From: Neophaeotheca triangularis
Taxonomy: Eukaryota
Direction: 5' to 3'
NCBI GenBank assembly: GCA_054600435.1
Contig: BAAIJX010000006.1
Location: 186,001 to 250,000 of the forward strand
Length of the DNA stretch: 64,000 nt
The position numbers and the translations under genes are program-made. Positions 1 through 12,580 of this stretch are shown one piece after another (the stretch's first letter is position 1; each line of letters opens with the position of its first letter). The notes under the pieces were generated by a model, which was not told the origin of the DNA, made no database searches, and saw only the letters and a program-made list of their open reading frames with translations.

Positions 1-37
1 TGGCGGTGACGCCATAATCGGCCGAATTCACTTGGTT

Positions 38-70
38 ACCTGCCTGCCTGCTTGCCTGCCTGCCTGCCTG
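38..70. repeat. (CCTG)n microsatellite
   Basis: Visible tetramer tandem array. Confidence 0.85.
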
Positions 71-1178
71 AGTCCCGTCTATTTCAGTAATGCTTGGTTC
101 GACGAATCGGAGGGGGCGGGCAAAAGGGAGGAGAGGCAGCTCGAAAGGAGTGGGAGAAAGTAGGTAAAGATTCAGAGAGGTAGTGGTTGAGAGGTACGAG
201 AGGTGAACTACCCTACCTTAGCTCATGAGGTCGATGATGCCCGCAGCTCGATGACCGACCGCGGCTGTTTCCTTATCTCTACCTTATCTTATCGCCGCAT
301 CCATCCACCTGAGCTGGAGATATGCGGGTTTTTTATCTCCGGGGTTTGCGCTCCAGCCTCCCACCTCAAATCTCCATCAGCCAGTACATACGGTACCTTA
401 GGTGCTGTAGATACATTACCATACATACCTTAAGGTGCCCAAATACTTCAGCTACAGCACACGACCCAACCAAAGTCAACAGCCCAACCCCCATCGCCTC
501 GACCACTTAATCATACCTTAACAACAACAACCTCAACACATCAAATAGCGAGCAAAAGCCCGTCCACCACCTACTGTACCTCCCAGACAAACCGAAAAAC
601 AAGACGAGAAGGGGAAAAAAAAAAAAACAAGCAAAGAAAACAACATTAAAAAAAAGAGCCATAACCGCTACCTCAAAACCCGTAGAATGAAAAAACCACA
701 ATCCTCGCCATCTTCACTCGGTCGAGCATCCATACAACCAAGTTACCTACACGACGTCCACGGGGCCCCCTCATCCCCCAATCCCCACAGAAAAAGCCAG
801 GCGCTAACCACTCCACATCGTTCAGCTATACAATAAACCTAGCTCCCTTTGTTGATTGATGGAGCTCTCAGTAAAGTCGTTCCTAACAAGAAAAGAAAAG
901 AGCCTTGGAAGAAAAGGAGTACCGTAAGCACGCCCTCAAAATCTCCCCCCCCACCCCCTCCCAAAAAAAAAAAAAAAAAGGGTACTTCCCCAATCCAACC
1001 CACTAGTAGCGCCCAGACCTTACCCCCGTGTACGCAACGCACACGAGACACAGCCCTCCCTCGTACGCCACGCCACACGCAGAGCCATAAGAACCCAAAC
1101 GCCAGAAGCCCAAACCACGCACATTCCTCCCCCCCAAATCTACAAAACCCCCCTACTGTCAAACCCACTCTTCCTCTC

Positions 1179-3845
1179 CTAAAGATCGGTAGGGTACCTG
1201 CCCCCAGGCGTCAAACTCGTCGGACTGCCCATCTCCCTACCCATCCCCCCTCCACCTCTCCCTCTAAACCCCCCACCTCGGCCTCTATACCCCATCCCCC
1301 CAGGGCCGCCACCACTCCTCGGCATCCCCATACCGGGGAGTGCGAAATCCGGGTTCCCGCTCAAAAGCACGTCTTCCCTTCTTCGCTGCGCGGCTGAAGC
1401 GGTGGTGTTGCCGGCCATACTGCCCGGACCACCGCCGCCGCCGAATTGTGAGCCCGGTGGACCTGGCCGCCAGTTCGGGTTGATGCCGCGCTGAGAGACG
1501 GAGGTGAAGTGCGAGGCTTCGCTACCAGCGGGCGAGCGTGCGCCCTCGGGGTGCGAGAGGTTTTCTGTGCTGCTGTCGGCGCGTTCTAGGCCTGGCGGCG
1601 TGTGGGTGCTGGGGAGGCCTGGGTGGTCAGTTCCTCCTGGGGGACCGTGGGGGTGTTGGCTAGGTTGGAGGTGGTTGGGTGACATACGGGTGTTGTTATG
1701 GTGATGGTAGGGTGGGCCGCCAGGGGTTAGGGCGGATGGGAGCGCAGAGGGTTGGTCTTCTTGGTGGTAGGCGAAGGAGGGGTTGGTGTTGTTGGTGGGG
1801 ACGGCGGGTTGCTCGGCGAAGCGAGGGTCGATGTCTTCGTAGTAGTGTTCGCTGCCCGAACGGGCATGGCGGGTAGGCCCGCCGTTGGAGAGAGTGGGAG
1901 AGATGGGTCCATTTTGGGAGGAAGCGTGGTTGGTGTCTAGGGGAGGCGGGGCTTGGTTTTGCTGCCAGGCGGTGCGGGGTGGTATATATCTAGTGACTGT
2001 TAGCTGGTCTCTTGAAATCGCATGTTTAGATAGCAAGCACTCACTGATCACTGTACATGCTAGAAGGATCGCTAGCGACATTGTTCGTTTCACCCTCGCG
2101 AGGCATTGCGTTTGGTGCCCCCGTGTTGGCGGCAGGCGAGTCTGCCCGTCGATCTTGCTGCAATCCAACCATACCAGCAACATCCCCATCCATTGAGTTG
2201 AAGTACTGCTGATTCGGCTGGGTACCTGGCGAACCGGTCCGCTCATCCATTTCCACAGCCTGACCAATCGGCAACCCTGCGTCAGGACCCGGACTAGGTT
2301 GTCTCTGCGCGTACGGATCCTGCATCGGTGGCGGCGATTGATTCTGACCGTCCATTGGCATGGGAGGGCCACGAGAGTTATCGTAATAGCCCGGCTCGTT
2401 GGGATATCCAGGTGGGGGAGGCCTTGGGGGACCACGATTCATGGGCATCCCAGCACCCATCATGCCCGGACCTCCGTAACCGCCTCTAGGAGGGCCCATG
2501 AATTGTCCTGGACCACCTCTCCCTCTCGGACCGCCTCGTGGACCATAACCACCTCTACCTGGTGGAGGACCGTATCCACCTCTCGGCCCGTAACCACCTC
2601 TCGGCGGACCATAGCCACCACGATGCGGCATAAACCCACCGCGGGGCGGCGGACCGTATCCACCGCGTCCTCGCGAGCCGTTCGAGTTCATGCTACCCTG
2701 CGAATTCTGACGAGGCCTCCCAGGAGGTGGAAGGTCCCCACGGTCATGACCTGCCATAGCCCCCGCCATAGCCCCCATGCCCGCACCAACAGCCATAGCA
2801 GGCAGAGGATTACCGTATTGATCCACCCTACTCGGTCTCCTCGGTCGAGAGTGCCCGTTGCTATCCATGCTCCTCCTGCTCGCATGCGACGGCATTGGTG
2901 GCGGTTCCTCCATACCATACGGTCTGCGATCCTGACCACCCGCACTAGCGCTCCTCACACTAGGATCGCGCGTTGGGTTCATAGGCGTCGGATTCAGAGG
3001 CGTGCGATCGTCGTGAAACCCATTATTCTGATCATGACTTTGCGACGTGTTCTGCCTCTTCATCTCGAAAGTCGCAAATTGCGCATTTTTGCCGTCCACC
3101 GCTGTACTCCCACTCATCGGAGGGGGGCTTTCGGCTTTGGGGAGTTGATCGGCGAGCATACGTTGATCGGCAAGGTTGTCATAGTAGTTTGCACCGCTCA
3201 TGTCCGCGTTTTCGGCAATCCTCTTCTTGCGCGCTTTCCTGGAGACGAGAGTTCGACGCATGGCGCATGTCACGACCGAAGATGCGATAATCAGGATAGT
3301 GGCCACGAGCACGATCCAGCCGCCCCATCTCATGTGCGGGATGAAGAGGAGAATATCGACGAGGAATGCCAGAAGGGTGCATAGTAATGTCGGAATGGTG
3401 AAGATTAGTAGCGCGAGGAGGTATCGGGGCGAATGCGAAGGAGAGTGGAAGTGCGCGGCCACAGCAAGACCGAAGCATATTAGTGTTAGTAGCGCGGCGA
3501 TTGGATGGATGATGAGGATCGAGGATAGAGATTGGCGGGTACTCGAGGGAAGGGAGAATTCGTCTGCGGTGTTGCCAGTAAAGAGGCCGTCTGGGGGAAC
3601 ACGTTAGCAGAGGAGAAGCGCAGCAAGGTTTCCGTCGAGATTTGACAGCGCAACATACCAGTAGAGTATCCAACGGCCGGATCCTTGCATTCCCCATCTT
3701 TACAGTAACCCAGCACTCCAAAGTCCCAGCCCTGGTAAGTCGCAAGCGGAATGCCCTGTATAATCGGTGTGGATAGTGTGCTTAACAGCAGGAGCACGAA
3801 AGCGACGAGGAAGATGAGCGACAGAGGCGTCGCTGGCCGCAACAT
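1179..3845 (-). CDS. palI: pH-response regulator PalI/Rim9 (SUR7/PalI family) with long Pro/Gly-rich cytoplasmic tail; exons 3845-3659, 3590-2045, 1989-1179 (~847 aa)
   Basis: N-terminus MLRPATPLSLIFLVAFVLLLLSTLSTPII...FGVLGYC, then further TM segments (HPIAALLTLICFGLA; LLAFLVDILLFIPHMRWGGWIVLVATILI) and CAMRRTLVSRKARKKRIAENA. Two GT-AG introns with CTAAC branch sites join three ORF-track frames. Confidence 0.9.
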
Positions 3846-4136
3846 GTTGGCGGTCTCGTCGTCGTGGAAAGGGGCGGATGAATATTATAGTCGTTGTCGC
3901 TGTTCAAACGAGTGTGGAGGTGTCCGTAGGACGACTAATGCGAAGTGGGAAGGTCCCCTGAACGGCGGTGGTTATTATTCCAGACTTCCGTGAGCAAGTG
4001 CCATGGGTGTGTGCGTGGCTTGTGGCCCGGGGTGTGTATGTGTCGGTTGGATAGGGAGACGGGACGTCGCGGTTGGTGGTGGAAGGCGAGGGGGGCGTCA
4101 CGGTAGTGGTTTCGGCGGTGGTGGTGGGATGAACGG

Positions 4137-4185
4137 TGTGTGAGTGTGAGTGTGAGTGCGAGTGTGAGTGTAAGTGTGAGTGTAT
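4137..4185. repeat. (GTGTGA)n microsatellite upstream of palI
   Basis: Visible hexamer tandem array. Confidence 0.85.
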
Positions 4186-5446
4186 GCGAGGGAATGATGA
4201 AGAGTCTAGAAGCAACACCCGCCCAGCTTTTGACGAGAGCAGAGTACTAGTATGTAGTGGTAGTGGTAGTAGTGGCCGGGGAGCGGAGTAATTAACGTTA
4301 GTAGCTTCAACCTTCCTGCCTTTAAAAGTGGCGGGGGAAGCGACGACTGGCAATCGCAAAAGACAATAATCAATAAGGGACAGTACCTTTCCTAGGTAGA
4401 GATAACCACCATCATACCCACACACACAAACCAAACCACTCCCTCAACAATCCCACCCAACACTCTCCTAACCAACAACCCCCCTTAATCACCCCGACCT
4501 AAACGACCACGACGTTTCAACAGCACAAGAGTCGAAACTCGCGACAGCGCGCACGATCGAAGCGTGTACAGCGCGCGCGCGCGAGAGCCAAGCTTCCTAC
4601 AGTAGCACTACCTCACCTACCCGACCTTTTTACTAGAACGATTCGACAAGACCCTTGCATCGCTCGCACGCTTAATATGATACTGTAATTAATTAACCAG
4701 CACTTACTGCCGAACGAAGTGTTCGAAATTACCTATGTACCTATTTTAGATAGAGGTGATGGGAATTGGTAGAAGCCGATCGCTCTTGGAAGCGAATGGT
4801 GGTTTACTTTACTTACTACTTACTGCTGTACTACACCTTATAACTAGAACGTGGGAGACTGGGAGGTGACGTGAGGGGGAATTTGTTTGTTGGTATCCAT
4901 ATACCTCACCTACCATTATGTGCGCTCAAGTTGTGTAGTCTCCACAGCGTGTCCGGTACTTCTAGATTAATAGCATGAGTGCCTCCGATGACGATGTGCG
5001 AGCTTGGCCGAAGGGGACGGGACAGGACGGGATGCTTCGAGGGGGAAAAAAGGGGGCGTGGGTGGGTACGGCACGGTACCTTGTTATAAGGTATAAGTTA
5101 TAGTGTGTACGTGTAATGTCAGCAGTCATGGAAGCAGAAGGGTATCTCTGGTAGTTGAAATCTATGTCGGCGCTGTCGAATACTTCTATTACTTCTGTAC
5201 TGCTCTATAAAATGCCGAGTGTACTGCACACTGTTAGAAGCAACATCAGCGCCCTTACGCCGACCTGACGACGCATGCCCTCTTCTTTGGTAATGATCCG
5301 ATAGTCATTGCATGAGCGGAAGGATAACGTCGTTTTTGGAGAAAGAAAGAAATAAAAAAAATTTAATCGAGGAACTTCTCTCCCGGTCTTTCCAACACTC
5401 CACCCAGCACGCAACGCAACGCAATAATCACCTAAAAAAACTTCAC

Positions 5447-6796
5447 TCAAACCCCCCTCTCAGCCTCCCCAGCAGCCTCCCTAGCAGCCTCCTCCTCCCA
5501 CTTTCCCTTCGCCTCCCTCGCTTTCTTCCTCTCGAGCTTTCTATTCCTCCCCTTAACCCCCGTTTCCTGCGGCTTCAACCGCGTCCCCTCCCCAGCCGGC
5601 ACAGCAACCGCAAAAGCCCTCCCACCTCTGCCTAAACTCCTATTCCACAAATTCCCGTTCCACCGCGTTCCCTCTCCCACCCCACTGTCCCCAACTCCAT
5701 TTCTAACTCCAACTCCAACTATAACCCCCGTCCCTCCTAGCCCCTCCACAGTACCCACGCCGACACCAACGCCATCACCCACCCTTACCCCCTTACCCCC
5801 CTCATCCCCTTCACCCCTCCCCCTACCCACAAAATCCCGAAAACTCCCCGTCTCCCTCCCACCCCCACTCCCCCCTTCTCTCCGCCCACGATGCCGAGAA
5901 CTCCCCAGCTCAGCCTCGTCCAGGCCCCTCCCAAACCCAGCCGCAGCCGACCTCGCTTGCGGAAAAGTCTGGTCCTGCGCGGGAACAAAACTCCGGAGAC
6001 GGCGGTGGTAATGGAGGGGTTTGGAGGATATTGGGGGCTCGGAAGCGGGGGGGTTGTTTTGGGTTTCTTGGGTTTGGGGTTTGGGTCGTTGGTTTTGACT
6101 TTGGTGTTGGTGTTTGCGGCGAGCGCGAGCAGGGAAGAAGTCGGAGTCGCCGGTCCAGGAGGCTGAGGAGGTTGAAGACGGGGTTGGAGAGGGTTGGGGT
6201 TGGGGGTTGGGGGATTCTTGTAGTGAAGAGCTGGGGTGAGTGCTTGGCGATGCGGTGGGGTTGTGGCTGTGGCTGTTGCGTTGTTGGTGGGGGTGTTTGG
6301 TCTTTTTTGTCACGTGGTCTTGATGGTTGTGGTTGCTGTCGCTGGTCGAGGCAGTCGAGTGCATGCTGTCCTGGCGTTTGAGTTTTGGCGGGCGTTTGGG
6401 CGACTTTGGTTTTTGTTGGAGTTTGGGTCCTGTTGTCGTAATTGCAGAGTTCCTCTTTGCAGCTGCGGTAGCGCTTTGCTGGAAGATGGTGGTCATTTGT
6501 GCGGCGTGCGAGGGGCGAGGTGGTGAGTGTATTAGACTGGAAGAGAGTAAGGGTTTTCGGCGGCGGCGGCCAGTGTTGGGTTTTGGGCTGCCGTTGTGGT
6601 TGCTGTTGTTGCGGTTGTAATCGTGGGTAGTATTTGATGGACCGTGGTCGGTGAAGAGCGAGTGTAGAAATCTGGCGGTGCTGTTGTTGGTGCTAGGTTC
6701 GAGGGGGAAGGTAATGGGGAGTTTCGGGTATCGCATCGGAGAGGTATCTTTGGGGTTGGAGTTGAGATTTGCTTTGGATGAATCTTGGTAGTCCAT
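5447..6796 (-). CDS. Hypothetical low-complexity protein (449 aa)
   Basis: Long ATG-initiated ORF rich in S/T/P/N/Q/H then G/V, with a basic/acidic C-terminus. No recognisable domain. Confidence 0.4.
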   Translation of the reverse strand: MDYQDSSKANLNSNPKDTSPMRYPKLPITFPLEPSTNNSTARFLHSLFTDHGPSNTTHDYNRNNSNHNGSPKPNTGRRRRKPLLSSSLIHSPPRPSHAAQMTTIFQQSATAAAKRNSAITTTGPKLQQKPKSPKRPPKLKRQDSMHSTASTSDSNHNHQDHVTKKTKHPHQQRNSHSHNPTASPSTHPSSSLQESPNPQPQPSPTPSSTSSASWTGDSDFFPARARRKHQHQSQNQRPKPQTQETQNNPPASEPPISSKPLHYHRRLRSFVPAQDQTFPQARSAAAGFGRGLDEAELGSSRHRGRREGGSGGGRETGSFRDFVGRGRGEGDEGGKGVRVGDGVGVGVGTVEGLGGTGVIVGVGVRNGVGDSGVGEGTRWNGNLWNRSLGRGGRAFAVAVPAGEGTRLKPQETGVKGRNRKLERKKAREAKGKWEEEAAREAAGEAERGV

Positions 6797-8849
6797 GCTG
6801 TGCGGTTTATGCAGGGCTGACCGAGTCTGCTATTGAAAGTACTGCCAAGGTAGATTGTTTACGAGAGAAGTCAAGGCAGAGCGAGAGGAGAGTATGTGAG
6901 TGTAAGTAGTGGTGAGAGTGGTGGGTGCAGGTGGGCTTGAAGCATGGCGTCGAGAGTCGACGACTTCGCAATTGCCCACTTACTTAGCTATGCTCGCAGT
7001 GAGAAGCTGCATTGCTTTGGAGAGTACCTACTTGCACCTCTCTGAGATATTTCACCATGTGGATGAGCACTACTACCTCCTAGTGTGTAGGTGACCAGCC
7101 TTTCTCAAGTTGACATGCACGGATGCTGATAAGCTACTGCTTGAGAAAGCCCAAGTGTCCAGCACCCGCTATACACCAAGTACAAATCCAAATGGGAGGA
7201 TGTCTGAGAGACAACAACCTCAAGACGAATCGCGCGTGCTTCTTAAACCATACCAGCGGGGGATCGGGATCCACGCTCGACCAAGACCTGACCACATTGA
7301 GATGTTCTCTCAGGGCAAGGAAGACAGGGAAGCTTGGAAGGGTCAGGGAGTAGTCAAGATTGTGAAACTCTTCCTAGAAGATTCATGATAGGGCAAGGGG
7401 GGCGCCCGAAAGACAGCCTCGAGGTTGATGACACACGAGCAATAATATGAGGACAGTAAAGTAAAATGTGGATGAGTGAGATTGGATAGATATTGACGAT
7501 AGCCTTCAAGTACTACAGTACCTACAGTAGGCAACGCAAGACCAAGACTGTGATGGAGGGGTAGTTGATGATGGATATTTAAGAATGCACTTTGTAGGTA
7601 GTGAGAAGAGAGAGAGAATGGAAAGTAAGGTGAAACGAGCATCAGAGACATGGATGGATGTGGTAGTACCTCCCCTCCCAGTACGGGTGTCTCGGAGTGG
7701 GGGCCACCTCGTTTCAACTTTCCACCTTCAGCACGTGCCTATCATTTTAATTGACGGGAAGAGGGCGGGAAGCCCACTTTTTCATACCTGACGCTGAGAC
7801 GGGCACAAACGAACTTCTAATTAATCTACCTTACTCTACCTAGTACTATACATATACATATACACATATACACATATACATACGTTATTACCTAGTCATT
7901 AGATATTACCGCCTAGTCTCGATATTATTACCACCCGGTATCCAATGCCTTCTCTCCCACTTCAACCTCAACCTAAACCTCACCGTCGCTACTACACTAT
8001 CCAAGCCTCTCTCTCTCCCCCCTGCCTGCGTATTACTACCGCCTCTCGCTCACCTACTGTACCTACCTACTGCACATTCCTTTGTTTGCTCTAGCTCTTA
8101 CTCTTACTCTTGCTCTTACTGTTGCTGTCGCTGTTTGAAACCCAACCCTCTCCTTTTCCTTTCCTCATCCACTTTTTGCATTCCGCCCAATCACACCCAA
8201 CAAACCCGCCAGCTCGAGCTCCTGTCGTCTGCTACACCACAACAACAACAACAACAACAGCATCACAAAATCTGCCCACCTTTTGCCTTGGGTACCTCCA
8301 GGGCTTAACTACCAACACCATTGCGACGTCATTCGCTTGTCCCCATTGCATTCGTTCGAGGCAGGACCTCATCTGAACAATAAGGTACCTTAGCCATTGA
8401 GAGCCTGCCTATTGTCCTGCTACACTCGCACATGCCGCCATGTACAACTCGAAGCCAGCCACCTACGCGACTTTGTAACGTCATCTTTTGTACCTTTGTT
8501 GCATCTGAATCCATACACCGCGCACAACTTGCCAATCTGGACATTGGCCTTCCCACACTTTTGAAGCTGTGATCAGGAGTGTGCAGCAGCGTTCGCGAAG
8601 ACCGGCACTTCGCAGGCATCTATCCGTCAGGCCCGGAAGCTCGACCAACACCAGGAAAAGGCTGCTTGCAGTCAATCTCTTCCGTCCAATCGCTCGGGTA
8701 GCGAGAGTACGACCAGAGTCACAAGGTTGGTGCTCCAGCAGTCAGCAACTTTCAGCCCGGTTTCCCGCCAGAGTGATACCGCCGGGTTGTTTGGGAAGCA
8801 CGACTCCCACGTTTGTGCGCTATTGGATCGCCCCCCCGATCGCGTCCTC

Positions 8850-11800
8850 ATGTCCTACCAATATCATGACCAAAACGCCGCCTATGGAAGAGGCTACCCA
8901 GAGCCTCCTCGTCAGCAGCGACCTATGCGACCTCCACAGGGAAGGAGACCGCCACCTCCTCCAGGGTATACACAGCACCAGCAGCATCCGCAGCAAAGGA
9001 GACCACCTCCAATGAGGCCACAGAATTCAAACATGCGCCCTTCACCCCAACCCGTCCAGCAGTCGCCCCGAGAACACCAGTATTCAGCGCAATCTGAGGA
9101 ATCGCTGTCGAATTTGTATGATGGTAGCGCGTATGCAGAGTCTGGTTTTGACATGTCGGATCATTGGCCTTTACCGGCGCAACAAGCTGCCCGATCGCCA
9201 GTGCCTCCACAAATACCAAAAGCCCCCAGCCCCAGAGGGCCGCCACCACGAAGACCGCAACGGCCAGATGCCCTCCCTAGAGCTATACAGGGCAATCCCA
9301 CTCAAAGCCAAGCGCCACGTGCAGCTGCCCCTAATAGACGATTTCCTCCGAAATTCCCACCTGACCGCCCACCGCAGCAATGGTCGCAACACGGTACGGG
9401 ACAGTGGACAGGCGATGGGTATGTTTCGCCTACGACCAGCCTGCCCTCTCCCAACAAGTCTCGACCAGTCACCGGATCATCGACTTACTCCAGTGACTCG
9501 GCAAATTCATACCCTTCGATACCCGACTTTCCATCACCTCAGGTACCGCAACAGGCAGCCGTGTACGGGAGGGCAAATCAACGTCCGCCGCTTGGTCCTC
9601 CTCCTAGCGCAAGAAGAGGACCTTCGTCTTGTTACGGGCAACCAGGAGGTGTCCATCCCATTACAGAAGAAGAAGAAAGCATACGCAATAGTAATAGCGC
9701 CCCGTCCCTCGGCAAGCTGAACGCAGGCAACCACGATAGCTTAGGCGGTAAGAGTTATGCATCAAGCAACGCGATTCCTATCGGCATACCAGACTACTAC
9801 TTGCAAAGCGAGCGTGGTAGCGCACCAAGTCTGAATCGATCAGATGGAGCACATCCAGAGTCACCTCTTGAGCCGGTACCTCCACTCCCCGCCTACATGT
9901 CGCAAGAACAGTTCCCCACCCCTCCTCCGGAACCGCGAGATCAAGCTTCACCTGAGCCTGCGAGCTTGGTGCGACAAGCGAGTTGGGGCAAGATGCGCAA
10001 GCCAAGTCTTACGACTGTTAAGAGCGGGGATAAGACTAGGAAGAACAGTGCAAGTACACAAGAAGGCTTACCTAGGAAGGATAGCAACACCGTCGGGGCG
10101 GGTGTTGCAAGTCTTCCCGGTCACCAGCGCGGGCGTGTCCAGTCGGAGTATCAGGAGAGTTTACAAGACTACGACAGCGAAGGACGCCCTGAAACTAGAG
10201 ACACTACCACGGGTGCAGCACAAGAGCATGACTTTCGAGGTCTTGATAAGGCTGTCGAGGCAGGATATCCGCCATCCATCTCCTCGAGTCTGGATCCGCC
10301 TTCAGACTCTGAGCCCGAGAGGCACGGAAAGAAGGATAAAGCATTCAAAGGTCTGCTCGGTGCCGGGCTCGCGAAAGAGTTTGGATCTCGCTCGCGGTCG
10401 CAATCTCCTACATCTTCGCTCTCGCCTCAAGATAAGCAAATTGAGGACATACTCAAAAGTCTCGAGAAAGGGGGTGCAATTACTTCCGACGAGGCTGCAA
10501 AACTGCAACAGCATCCCGATTTCGCTCCCAAAGCAGGCGGTCGACGACGACCACCACGTTTGAATCTCGACGAGACTCGAGAAGCTGAAGCACGAGGCTC
10601 CCTCACATCACTTCCGGACCTCATCCGCCGCGCGACCAGACTGGCTTCGAATCTCGACAGAGGTAGAACCGCAAGTCGTTTAGGCATGGCAGCCTGGCTG
10701 GATGGCGGCAGTGACAGCGAAAACGAGAAGAACCGCGCTAGGTACGAAGCCGCATTGGCAGGCAACCGTCGTTCAGGTAGCATCTCCGACATTCTAGGCC
10801 AGTTCCAGGCACCTCCACTCGGCACCCCAGTAAACCGCAGCCGCACAGATATTCGAGGTAGCCTAGCAGGTTGGTCCAGCAGACTTCGACACAACGAGCT
10901 CGCCTCCGACAGCGACGCAGGCGAAGCCCATAAAGCGCGCAACCAACGCACCAAAAACGGCAGAAAGCGCTGCTGCGGAATGCCCCTTTCGCTTTTTTTA
11001 CTCATCATCTGCCTCCTAATCGTCCTAATCGCAGCTGCCATAATTCTCCCCATCGCCCTGATAGTCATTCCTAACGAAAACTCCTCAAACTCATCCAACC
11101 CAAACTGCTCCCCGCAACTTTCCTGTTCCAATGGCGGCCTCAACCTTGCCGCCGACGACGGCTCCTGCCGCTGTCTCTGCGTCGCCGGCTACACGGGCAA
11201 CGAATGCAACGCCCCGAGTACAGCGGCCTGCACAAGCATGGAAATCGCCGGCACCACCGACGACGCAACCGTCGGCAACGACATACCCGCTCTCGTCCAA
11301 AACGCCGAATCCGACTATGGCATCCCGCTCAACAGCGAGCGGATCCTCAGCCTCTTCTCCGCCAACAATCTCAGCTGCGCGAGCGAAAACGCCCTTGTTT
11401 CCTTCTCCTTCTCCACCACCGACGACAACAACGACGACAATACGCTCTCCAGCCGCAAAACCAAAAGATCCCACCTCCTCTCCCACCTCCTCCGACTCCG
11501 CTCCCCCACCCCTACCTCCGATGCCGCTCCCGCAGCAGCAGCAGCAACCAGCAACGGCATCCTCTTCGACTCCTCTCCCGCCCCGGAAACCTCCAGCTCC
11601 CCCGACGACAACGACCCTTTCTCCTCCCCCTCGTCTTCCAATTCCACCGCCACAACCCCCCAGCTCCTGAACCTCGCTCGAACCGCCGTACTCTTCGTTT
11701 TCCAGGCCAGCGGCGAAGTAGATGCTGCCGCCGGCGCGCAAGAGGAATTACAGGCTTGGTTTCGGAGACGAGGCGGTGGTGGTGGTAGTGGTGGGGATCA

Positions 11801-11915
11801 GCCAGGCGCGGAAGAGGGTCGAGTGAGTTTAGGTGGGGGCTTTGTGGTGGATTTGGACGAGGGTAGTTTGAGGAGTAGGAATGGGACGATTGTTGGTGGT
11901 GGTGGTGGGGGGTGA
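8850..11915 (+). CDS. Type II single-pass membrane protein with long disordered Pro-rich N-terminus and C-terminal EGF-like domain
   Basis: Intronless ORF, first ATG at 8850 (MSYQYHDQ). Motif RRPPRLNLDETREAEARGSLTSLPDLIRRATRLASNLDRG, TM helix after RKRCCGMP, EGF-like C-x5-C-SNGG...CRCLCVAGYTGNEC. Confidence 0.85.
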   Translation: MSYQYHDQNAAYGRGYPEPPRQQRPMRPPQGRRPPPPPGYTQHQQHPQQRRPPPMRPQNSNMRPSPQPVQQSPREHQYSAQSEESLSNLYDGSAYAESGFDMSDHWPLPAQQAARSPVPPQIPKAPSPRGPPPRRPQRPDALPRAIQGNPTQSQAPRAAAPNRRFPPKFPPDRPPQQWSQHGTGQWTGDGYVSPTTSLPSPNKSRPVTGSSTYSSDSANSYPSIPDFPSPQVPQQAAVYGRANQRPPLGPPPSARRGPSSCYGQPGGVHPITEEEESIRNSNSAPSLGKLNAGNHDSLGGKSYASSNAIPIGIPDYYLQSERGSAPSLNRSDGAHPESPLEPVPPLPAYMSQEQFPTPPPEPRDQASPEPASLVRQASWGKMRKPSLTTVKSGDKTRKNSASTQEGLPRKDSNTVGAGVASLPGHQRGRVQSEYQESLQDYDSEGRPETRDTTTGAAQEHDFRGLDKAVEAGYPPSISSSLDPPSDSEPERHGKKDKAFKGLLGAGLAKEFGSRSRSQSPTSSLSPQDKQIEDILKSLEKGGAITSDEAAKLQQHPDFAPKAGGRRRPPRLNLDETREAEARGSLTSLPDLIRRATRLASNLDRGRTASRLGMAAWLDGGSDSENEKNRARYEAALAGNRRSGSISDILGQFQAPPLGTPVNRSRTDIRGSLAGWSSRLRHNELASDSDAGEAHKARNQRTKNGRKRCCGMPLSLFLLIICLLIVLIAAAIILPIALIVIPNENSSNSSNPNCSPQLSCSNGGLNLAADDGSCRCLCVAGYTGNECNAPSTAACTSMEIAGTTDDATVGNDIPALVQNAESDYGIPLNSERILSLFSANNLSCASENALVSFSFSTTDDNNDDNTLSSRKTKRSHLLSHLLRLRSPTPTSDAAPAAAAATSNGILFDSSPAPETSSSPDDNDPFSSPSSSNSTATTPQLLNLARTAVLFVFQASGEVDAAAGAQEELQAWFRRRGGGGGSGGDQPGAEEGRVSLGGGFVVDLDEGSLRSRNGTIVGGGGGG

Positions 11916-12451
11916 TTGTGTGATTTGGGGTTTGGTGGTGGGGTGTCTTTGATGTTGAGGTAACTGGCTATCTGGACTGGACTGGACTGGATAAGAGCGG
12001 CGGACGGGTGAGGGACGATGGCATGGATGGAGAGAATTGGGATGGGCAGAGATGGGTGCTGTTTTTGGGGTTTTGAGGTCTGAGGTTTGAGGTTTTGGGA
12101 ATCTGGGATCTGGGATCTGGGCTTTGACTCTTTGGGTTTTTACTCTTGTATAAATGACGGCTCTTCTAATGGGAAGAATGTTGCAGCCCCCCATCACCCT
12201 CCTTTTCTTTTTCTAATATCGTATCCCTTTCTTTTTTTCTCTTTTTCTTTTGTTTTTTGGTGGTTTCTGAGTTTCTACACTTTGAAACCGCCCCTCTACG
12301 CAAGTACTTTGGTTTTTAGCTTTGGTATCTATATCTCGTCGGTTGGTTGTGAGATTGAGGTTTTTTTCTGGGGTGTTTCGCTGCTAGGTGGGCTAGGTAG
12401 GTGGGCTGGGTTGGTGTGTTGTGGTAGGTGTGTTGTGATAGGTGTGTAGGG

Positions 12452-12580
12452 GGGTTGGTGGGTAGGTAGGTTGGTGGGTAGGTAGGTAGGTTGGTGGGTA
12501 GAGGTAGGTTGGTGGGTAGAGGTAGGTTGGTGGGTAGAGGTAGGTTGGTGGGTAGTTAGGTTGGTGTGTAGCTAGGTAGG
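12452..12580. repeat. Minisatellite of GGTTGGTGGGTAG(A)GGTA-type units (~6 imperfect copies)
   Basis: Directly visible tandem units in the intergenic region after the EGF-domain gene. Confidence 0.85.

Noticed and set aside
2299..3384. 361-aa + strand ORF
   Set aside because: Antisense shadow of palI exon 2 in GC-rich sequence.
12452..12580. G-rich tandem repeat considered as telomeric or CRISPR-like
   Set aside because: Not TTAGGG, no unique spacers, eukaryotic context; a simple minisatellite.
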